64,000 bases of DNA from an uncultured Actinomycetota bacterium (GTDB taxonomy: Bacteria > Actinomycetota > UBA4738 > HRBIN12), in assembly GCA_963746335.1 (NCBI GenBank), contig CAVVAK010000004.1, positions 24,672 to 88,671 on the forward strand. Direction: 5' to 3'. Below are positions 57,836 through 64,000 of this stretch, in pieces (position 1 is the stretch's first letter; every line of letters starts with the position of its first letter). The notes beneath the pieces were generated by a model. It had not been told where the DNA came from. It did no database searches and worked only from the letters and a program-made list of their open reading frames with translations. Both the position numbers and the translations under genes were made by a program.

Positions 57836-58301
57836 GTGAAGGGGGGCGCTGGATGGTGTGCGGACGACGTCAGCCTCGGGCACGATCCCCATGGCCGAGA
57901 GGAGCTCCCCGACCAGATCCGCGTGCATCGAGTCCTCGCGCACCTTCCCCGAACGCGAGAGCCCGCACGGACTCGGTCGGGGATGTCCCGACGCTTCCGA
58001 CGGCAACCGAAGTTCCGGCGGCAAGGCTCGAGCGCTTCCGACCGAACCCCTCCGCTCCGTCCACCACCCAGACCCCCACACCATCGAGACGAACGTTCGT
58101 CGACGACATCACACGCGGAACCCGAAGGTTCCTTCGAGCCGTGATCCGAGCGTCACCCATCCGTCGTCCCGCTTCCCTCGAGAGAGCCGGTTCGGCGAAG
58201 CCGGACCGGGCCTCGAAGCTGTTGTGGAAAACGCACGCTAGCAAACCCTCAACTCTCACTGCAACCTTGAGCGCCGAACGTCTGTTCGAGAGGTGAAACC
58301 G

Positions 58302-59150
58302 CTAGCGAAGTGCGTTCGGCAGTCCGGGGAACGCGGCAGTCGCGTTGCGTGCAGTGGTCTCGGCGATGGTTCTCGCGCTTTCGTCACGCACGCGCGCGAC
58401 TTCGGCGATGGTCAGCAACACGTTCGCCGGCTCGTTCTCGGTTCCCCGAAGCTTCTGCGGAGCGAGGAACGGCGAGTCGGTCTCGACGAGGAGGCGATCG
58501 ATATCCACCGCGCGCGCCGCCTGGCGCAGGTGCTCGTTCTTCGGATAGGTCACGTTGCCCGCGAAGCTGATCCAGTACCCACGCTCGGCGCACTCTCTCG
58601 CGATCGTCGCGTCGCCGCTGAAGCAGTGGATCACCACGCGGTCGGCCGAACCCTCATCCAGGACTCGAAGGACATCGGGCCATGCGTCGCGGACGTGCAC
58701 CACCATCGGCTTGCCCGTCTCGTTTGACAGGGCGATATGCACCTTCAGTGCTCGGATCTGGTCCTCGGCGGGCGATCGCATCCGGTAGAAGTCGAGACCG
58801 CACTCCCCGACCGCCACCACTCGGGGGTCGTGGAGGAGCTCCTCGATCCTCGCCCCCGCTGCAGCGTCGAGGAGCTCCGCGTCGTGGGGATGCATCCCTG
58901 CGGTCGCGAAGACGCCGGTCATCGATTCGGCGATCTCGAGCGATCTGGCCGAGGTCGCGGGGTCCACGCCGACGCAGATGAGCCGATCGACGCCGGCATC
59001 GCGGGCAGCCTCGACCACGAGTGAAGGTTCCCGGTCCGCAAGGAACAGGTGGCAGTGGGTGTCCACCACCCCCCTCTGCACCGGGAGTTCAGGGTTGGGT
59101 CCGCCCATCGGCGGGCGATGATAGGCGGTCTCAACTTCGGGTGCATCCAA
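58302..59150 (-). CDS. tatD: TatD-family metal-dependent hydrolase
   Basis: 282-aa ORF; the start is possibly ATG 59108. Motifs: VVDTHCHL, AGMHPHD, GECGLDFY, VVHVRDA, VIHCFSG, ETDSPFL. Confidence 0.9.
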   Translation of the reverse strand: MDAPEVETAYHRPPMGGPNPELPVQRGVVDTHCHLFLADREPSLVVEAARDAGVDRLICVGVDPATSARSLEIAESMTGVFATAGMHPHDAELLDAAAGARIEELLHDPRVVAVGECGLDFYRMRSPAEDQIRALKVHIALSNETGKPMVVHVRDAWPDVLRVLDEGSADRVVIHCFSGDATIARECAERGYWISFAGNVTYPKNEHLRQAARAVDIDRLLVETDSPFLAPQKLRGTENEPANVLLTIAEVARVRDESARTIAETTARNATAAFPGLPNALR

Positions 59151-59201
59151 GGGGATTCACGTGAAACATCAGCCGGCTTTCCCGGAGGCGCTCCGAGCGG
59201 C

Positions 59202-60749
59202 TCAGTCCTCGGCGTCGACCCTGGGGAAAAGACTCTCGCCTTTCGTGGTTTTCGTCCCCGGCACCATCTGACCCCAGGCCCCGGCGCTCGCGAGCCGCTG
59301 CGACTCGAGGGTTTCCTCGATGCCGAGCTGCTCCCACAGTCGCGCGGCCGCGCTGGGCATGACCGATGAGATCAGGATCGTGAGCGCACGAAGCGTCTCC
59401 GCCGATGCGTAGAGGATCGAGCCGAGCTCGTCGCGCCTCGCGGGGTCCTTGGCCATGGTCCAGGGAGATCGCTCGACCATGTAGCGGTTGGCCCGCACGA
59501 CCACGTCGTAGACGGCGGCGAGGGCGGCGGTGGGTCGCACGAGCAGCATCTCCTCGTCGTAGCGGCGGGCGGCCTCAGCGATCACCTGCGGGAGGTCGGA
59601 TTCGGCGCCCTCGACCGTGGCCTGGGGAAGGACCCCGTCGAAGTAGGACCGGAGCATCGCGAGGACCCGGGAGGCGAGGTTGCCGATGCCGTTCGCGAGC
59701 TCGGCGTTGTGGCGGTCCACCATCGACTCGAGGGAGAACGAGCCGTCCTGGCCGAACTGGACCTCTCGAAGGAAGTACCACCGGTAGGAGTCGACGCCGA
59801 ACCGGTCGAGGAGCTCGAACGGGTGGATGCCGGTGGCGTTGGTCTTCGACATCTTCTTCCCGCCGACCGTCAGGAAGCCGTGCGCCCACACCTGCTCCGG
59901 CGGCTCGATCCCGGCGGCCATCAGCATCGCGGGCCAGTAGATCGCGTGCTGGCGCAGGATGTCCTTGCCGATCATGTGGATGTTCGCGGGCCAGGTCCTG
60001 TCGAACCGTTGCTCGTCGGAGCCGTAGCCGGCCGCGGTGATGTAGTTGGTGAGGGCGTCGAACCAGACGTAGCAGACGTGATCGGGGTCCCAGGGCAAGG
60101 GGATGCCCCAGTCGAAGTTCGTACGGCTGATCGAGAAGTCCTGGAGCCCGCCTCGGATCAGCGAGAGCACCTCGTTCCTCCTCACCTCGGGCTCCACGGC
60201 GTCGGGACGCTGCTCGTAGTGCTCCAGCAGGCGGTCCCGATAGGCGGAGAGCCGGAAGAAGTAGTTCTGCTCCTTCACGAGCTCCACCGGCCGCTCGTGG
60301 ATCGGGCAGAGACCCCCCTCCAGCAGGTCCCCCTCCGAGTAGTAGAGCTCGCAGGAGACGCAATAGAGCCCTTCGTAGGTGTCCAGGTAGATGTCGTCCT
60401 TGCCGTTCCGGTGTACTTGGTCAAGTAACTTGACTACTGCCTCTCTGTGGCGAGGCTCCGTGGTCCGGATGTAGTCGTCGTAGGCGATGTCGAGCCGCTC
60501 CCACACCTCTCGCCACCTCGGCTCCATCTCGTCCACCCATCGCTGCGGGTCGACGCCGGCGGCCGTCGCCTTGCGCTGGATGTTCAGGCCGTGCTCGTCC
60601 GTCCCGGTGAGATGGAAGACCTCCTCTCCGCGCAGTCGGTGATGCCGCGCGATCACGTCGGCGGCCACCGCGTCGTAGGCGTGCCCGATATGGGGCACGT
60701 CGTTCGGGTAGTAGATCGGCGTGGTGATGTAGAAGACGTCCCGGCCCAT
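59202..60749 (-). CDS. metG: Methionine--tRNA ligase
   Basis: 515-aa ORF. Motifs: YITTPIYYPNDVPHIGHAY (HIGH), GGKKMSKTN (KMSKS), WGIPLPWD. Confidence 0.95.
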   Translation of the reverse strand: MGRDVFYITTPIYYPNDVPHIGHAYDAVAADVIARHHRLRGEEVFHLTGTDEHGLNIQRKATAAGVDPQRWVDEMEPRWREVWERLDIAYDDYIRTTEPRHREAVVKLLDQVHRNGKDDIYLDTYEGLYCVSCELYYSEGDLLEGGLCPIHERPVELVKEQNYFFRLSAYRDRLLEHYEQRPDAVEPEVRRNEVLSLIRGGLQDFSISRTNFDWGIPLPWDPDHVCYVWFDALTNYITAAGYGSDEQRFDRTWPANIHMIGKDILRQHAIYWPAMLMAAGIEPPEQVWAHGFLTVGGKKMSKTNATGIHPFELLDRFGVDSYRWYFLREVQFGQDGSFSLESMVDRHNAELANGIGNLASRVLAMLRSYFDGVLPQATVEGAESDLPQVIAEAARRYDEEMLLVRPTAALAAVYDVVVRANRYMVERSPWTMAKDPARRDELGSILYASAETLRALTILISSVMPSAAARLWEQLGIEETLESQRLASAGAWGQMVPGTKTTKGESLFPRVDAED

Positions 60750-60769
60750 GGCCGGTCATCGTACCGGGG

Positions 60770-61684
60770 TCACTCGAGGCAGCCGGCGTCCTCGCCGAGC
60801 CGCCGAAGCCCCTCGAGGTCGCCCGGGCCGAAGTCCCGGACGCGGAAGTTGGGGTGTCGCCCCGAGTACATGAGCTGGTCGGGGTCCTTCACGTGGTTGA
60901 GCCCCATGATGTGTCCGAGCTCGTGGAGCAGGACCGAGCCGTGCGCGTTGAAGTCGCCGAAGCCCGGCCTCGCGGTCGCGTCCCCATCCATGACCACGAT
61001 CCCGCCGAAGTACTGATCACGGTGCGCGTAGAGCCCCGCCATCGGTTTGGCGAACGCGATCGACGGTCGAGGGTCGCCCAAGAGCCGAAGGATCGCCTGG
61101 TAGTCGTCATGATCGACCCAGATCACGATGAGCGCCGCCTTCCTGGTCACGCCGCGGAATCGCATCCGCTGGAACGCGTGGACGAACGTCTCCCCCGTCG
61201 CACCCACGGATCGGAAGCGGATGCCCGTCGCTCGAGTCACGCGGCGGATGGCTTCCCTCAGATCCGCCCGCACAGGCGAGCTCGCCCCGGCGGTGTTCAG
61301 CGCGTACGTGATCGTTTCGCACGGGTTCCACCGGACCGGGGCACCCGCGACCGTTCCCATGAACCGGAACGCACCCTCGACCTTCGGGCGCGGGCTCTGC
61401 GTCGGCGACGGCGAGAGGGATGGGGTGGGCGAAACCGTGCCGGACGGCGCCAGGCTCGGAAGAGGGACGGGACCGCCGGCCAGATCGGTCGCATCGCCCG
61501 AGTCTCGGAGGAGCGAGACGACGGCGAGCCCGCCGAGGAGGATCGCCAGGAGGAACATGAAGACGAACGCGGCGAAGAGCGGGGAGTTGGAGCGTTCGGG
61601 CTCGTTCGGACGAGGCGGGGCCTCCGTCGGCGGGTCGACGGGCGGGAACGTCTCGGACATGACGGGAGTGTAGGGAAGAGGCAA
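60770..61684 (-). CDS. Membrane-anchored zinc metalloprotease, matrixin/metzincin-like
   Basis: 304-aa ORF. TM helix LFAAFVFMFLLAILLGGLAVVSLL, a Pro/Ser/Thr linker, and the zinc motif HELGHIMGLNH (HExxHxxGxxH) followed by LMY (Met-turn candidate). Confidence 0.8.
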   Translation of the reverse strand: MPLPYTPVMSETFPPVDPPTEAPPRPNEPERSNSPLFAAFVFMFLLAILLGGLAVVSLLRDSGDATDLAGGPVPLPSLAPSGTVSPTPSLSPSPTQSPRPKVEGAFRFMGTVAGAPVRWNPCETITYALNTAGASSPVRADLREAIRRVTRATGIRFRSVGATGETFVHAFQRMRFRGVTRKAALIVIWVDHDDYQAILRLLGDPRPSIAFAKPMAGLYAHRDQYFGGIVVMDGDATARPGFGDFNAHGSVLLHELGHIMGLNHVKDPDQLMYSGRHPNFRVRDFGPGDLEGLRRLGEDAGCLE

Positions 61685-61703
61685 CTTCCGCTGAGAGGTG
61701 CGG

Positions 61704-62555
61704 TCACCCCTCCGAGAGGGCCGCCCGGTAGAGCTCGTTGGCGCTCGCGCCGTGGCGTTCCGCCACGGCGCGAGCGGCGTCGCGCGTCCGCATCCCCTGC
61801 CGGACGAGCGCCCGAACCTCGGTGAGGAGCGCGGCGGGATCGGGTGGATCCGGATCGCGCTCGCCCTCGACGACGACGACGACCTCGCCCTTCACCTCGC
61901 CTTCGCCGATCCCCTCGAGGACCTCTCCGGCACGGCCTCGGAGGACCTCCTCGTGCATCTTCGTCAGCTCGCGGCAAACGGCGATCCGCCGGTCCCCCAG
62001 CGTGGCGACGATCTCACGGAGGAGCGTGGGAAGCCTCCGTGGCGACTCGAAGAACACGATCGTCCGCGGATCCTGCCGGAGCGCCTGCAGCCGCCGACCC
62101 CGATCGCCGGGACGCCGCGGCAAGAAGCCTTCGAACACGAACCGGTCGGTGGGGAGGCCGGAGAGCACGAGCGCGGCGATCGCGGCCGACGGGCCGGGGA
62201 TCACCCGCACGTCGATGCCGTGCTCCACGGCGAGCCGCACGATCCGGTACCCCGGGTCCGAGATGCTCGGCATCCCTCCGTCCGTCACCACCGCGACGTC
62301 CTCGCCGGCCTCGAGACGTCCGACGAGCTCGGCCGCGCGCTCGTCCTCGTTCCCCTCGAACATCGACACGAGGGGCTTGCGGATGTCGAGGCCACGGAGG
62401 AGGCGGCCGCTGCGCCGCGTGTCCTCCGCGGCGACGAGCGCGACCGACGACAGCGTCTCGCGTGCCCGCTCCGAGAGGTCGCCGAGGTTCCCGATCGGCG
62501 TGCCGACGAGGTAGAGGACGCCGCTCACCGGCCGATGGTCCCACGTTCCCTCCAC
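61704..62555 (-). CDS. rsmI: 16S rRNA (cytidine1402-2'-O)-methyltransferase
   Basis: 283-aa ORF; the start is possibly a downstream GTG. Motifs: LYLVGTPIGNLGDLS, AEDTRRSG, VTDGGMPSISDPG, IPGPSA. Confidence 0.9.
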   Translation of the reverse strand: MEGTWDHRPVSGVLYLVGTPIGNLGDLSERARETLSSVALVAAEDTRRSGRLLRGLDIRKPLVSMFEGNEDERAAELVGRLEAGEDVAVVTDGGMPSISDPGYRIVRLAVEHGIDVRVIPGPSAAIAALVLSGLPTDRFVFEGFLPRRPGDRGRRLQALRQDPRTIVFFESPRRLPTLLREIVATLGDRRIAVCRELTKMHEEVLRGRAGEVLEGIGEGEVKGEVVVVVEGERDPDPPDPAALLTEVRALVRQGMRTRDAARAVAERHGASANELYRAALSEG

Positions 62556-62571
62556 CTACCATGGGTCGAGG

Positions 62572-62994
62572 ATGGCCCAGGCGCACAAGGACTACTCGGG
62601 CACACCGCTCCCGAAGAAGCTCGGGATCCGCGAGGGCGCGCGCGTGCACGTCGCCGGAGCGCCCTCTGGCTTCGACGACGTCCTCGGTCCCCTCCCGACG
62701 GGCGTGCAGCGCCTCGCGCGCGCCGGGAAGGCGATGGACGTCGTCCTGATCTTCATGACCGAGGAGCGGGATCTGCGGTCGCGCTTCTCCAGGCTCGCGG
62801 CCGGGCTCGACCCGGCGGGCCGGCTCTGGGTCGCGTGGCCGAAGAAGGCTTCCTCGGTGGTGAACGATCTCGGCTTCGACACGGTGCAGCGGATCGGACT
62901 CGACGCCGGGCTCGTCGACAACAAGAGCGCGTCGATCACCGAGGAGTTCCAGGGTCTGCAGTTCGTGTATCGACGCGAGGATCGCCCGCGCTGA
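62572..62994 (+). CDS. DUF3052-domain protein
   Basis: 140-aa ORF. YSGTPLPKKLGIREG start and WVAWPKKAS...VDNKSASI pattern typical of DUF3052, as I recall the family. Confidence 0.7.
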   Translation: MAQAHKDYSGTPLPKKLGIREGARVHVAGAPSGFDDVLGPLPTGVQRLARAGKAMDVVLIFMTEERDLRSRFSRLAAGLDPAGRLWVAWPKKASSVVNDLGFDTVQRIGLDAGLVDNKSASITEEFQGLQFVYRREDRPR

Positions 62995-63032
62995 GAGCCG
63001 CCGAGCGGGATTCTGTCGGTACGCTGGCCCGA

Positions 63033-64000
63033 GTGGCCCATCGTGCCGAGTCACCGTTCCTGCATCGGCTGAACCGTCCCTGGGTGGCGATCCTCGCCGT
63101 CACGGCGATCGCCGCCGTCGTCCGCATGTGGGGGTTGTCGAGCCCGCCCACGCTCGTGTTCGACGAGAACTACTACGCGAAGGCGGCCTGCATCTTCGTC
63201 GGTGGCTCCGACCGGGTCTGCAAGATCGATTCACCCAACGAGCGACTGTTCCGCGAGCAGGAATGGGACGTCGGCTCCTTCGTCCACCCTCCCCTCGGCA
63301 AGTGGACGATCGCGCTCGGGATCAAAGCCTTCGGGATGGATCCGTTCGGTTGGCGCATCGGCTCCGCGGTCGCCGGAACGCTCGCGGTGACAGGGGTCGC
63401 GCTGATCGCCCAGCTGCTGTTCGGGCGGCCGCTCTGGACGTTCCTGGCGGGCCTGCTGCTCGGCCTGGAGCACCTGAGCGTCGTCCTCTCCCGGCAGGCG
63501 TTGCTGGACATCCACCTCCAGCTCTGGATCGTGGCCGGCTTCCTCTGCCTGGTCCTGGATCGACGATGGATCGACCAGCGCACGCGCCGTGGGCCACCTC
63601 CCGGCGGCGAGGACGCCGGAACCACGGTTCCCTCTCCCCTGTGGCGTCCGTGGCGATACGCAGCCGGGCTCGCGTTCGGCGCGGCCGTCGCGGTCAAATG
63701 GTCGGGTGGGCTGGGGATGCTCGCCGCGATCGTCATCTCGCTCGCATGGGAGACCTCTCGACGCCTCCACGGGGATCGGACGCGGGGGCGAGCGTTCGGA
63801 CGGGCGCTCCTGCAGGAGAGCTTCTCCCTCCTCATCGCGTTCGTGGTGATCCCGGCGATCGTCTACGTCGTGACCTACCTCCCGTGGCTGCATCACTTCG
63901 ATTGGAAGCTCAGCGAGTTCGTGGACCAGCAGCTCCGGGTCGCGAGGTATCACCTGTTCGAGCTGAAGACCGTGGCCGTCGATCCCGACACGGGCGCGCT
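63033..64000 (+). CDS. Dolichyl-phosphate-mannose--protein mannosyltransferase (PMT/GT39), partial (3' end beyond the right edge)
   Basis: Absent from the ORF track because there is no stop inside the window. My translation from GTG 63033 gives VAHRAESPFLHRLNRPWVAILAVTAIAAVVRMWGLSSPPTLVFDENYYAKAA...HPPLGKWTIALGIKAFG...AVKWSG..., with no in-frame stop through 64000. DE motif in loop 1 and multiple TM helices. Confidence 0.85.
   Translation, partial: MAHRAESPFLHRLNRPWVAILAVTAIAAVVRMWGLSSPPTLVFDENYYAKAACIFVGGSDRVCKIDSPNERLFREQEWDVGSFVHPPLGKWTIALGIKAFGMDPFGWRIGSAVAGTLAVTGVALIAQLLFGRPLWTFLAGLLLGLEHLSVVLSRQALLDIHLQLWIVAGFLCLVLDRRWIDQRTRRGPPPGGEDAGTTVPSPLWRPWRYAAGLAFGAAVAVKWSGGLGMLAAIVISLAWETSRRLHGDRTRGRAFGRALLQESFSLLIAFVVIPAIVYVVTYLPWLHHFDWKLSEFVDQQLRVARYHLFELKTVAVDPDTGA

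Noticed and set aside
57853-58296. 129-147-aa ORFs inside the tatD-rsmA gap (57870..58259 reverse; 57853..58296 and 57858..58241 forward), considered as a hidden gene or rpfB remnant
   Set aside because: The translations (for example MRVEGLLACVFHNSFEARSGF...GRKRSSLAAGTSVAVG...) show no transglycosylase, G5 or DUF348 features. Third-position G/C is not elevated as it is in real genes here, and the region is dominated by hairpins and palindromes. I treat it as non-coding.
57776-58301. Specific identification of the gap as a c-di-AMP (ydaO-type) riboswitch
   Set aside because: A few strings (GAGCGGAGGGG, CCCGACCGAGUCCG) loosely resemble conserved ydaO segments as I remember them. I cannot reproduce the pseudo-two-fold architecture by eye, so it is listed only as something to test, not as a feature.

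Overview
Very GC-rich, tightly packed chromosomal segment of an Actinomycetota-type genome: third codon positions are almost always G/C, and many neighbouring genes overlap by 4 nt (GTGA/ATGA). I call 58 protein-coding genes (one frameshifted, two truncated by the window edges) and 2 tRNAs: Leu-UAA and Gln-UUG. I found no rRNA, CRISPR array, transposase, integrase or prophage signal. The right half (about 32.8-64 kb) is a housekeeping block whose gene content matches, from memory, the M. tuberculosis Rv1002c-Rv1026 region: pmt, rsmI, metG, tatD, rsmA, ispE, glmU, prs, rplY, pth, mfd, mazG, eno, ftsB-like, DUF501, ppx. It is interrupted by small lineage-specific inserts. The left half carries two atypical LuxR-type response regulators, a stand-alone Prim-Pol plus LigC-type ligase pair without Ku, secreted phosphate-scavenging enzymes (one a frameshifted PhoX-like gene), a maltokinase homolog coupled to a large polytopic membrane protein, an orphan TadG-like gene, a GT1 glycosyltransferase, and a 7-gene MoxR/DUF58/DUF4350/DUF4129/RDD/SpoIIM-like envelope cluster beside tRNA-Leu(UAA) and an orphan type IV pilin. 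Best candidates for something undescribed: (1) a 373-526 nt gene-free, hairpin-dense segment between tatD and rsmA; (2) the maltokinase-like kinase translationally coupled to a 630-aa membrane protein, with no treS/glgE nearby; (3) an ECF sigma plus 659-aa membrane-anchored partner wedged into the rplY/prs block; (4) a C-run/G-run structured spacer upstream of the TadG-like gene, possibly 6C-like RNA; (5) the functionally undefined MoxR cluster. All functional calls come from reading motifs by eye. No searches or computations were run.
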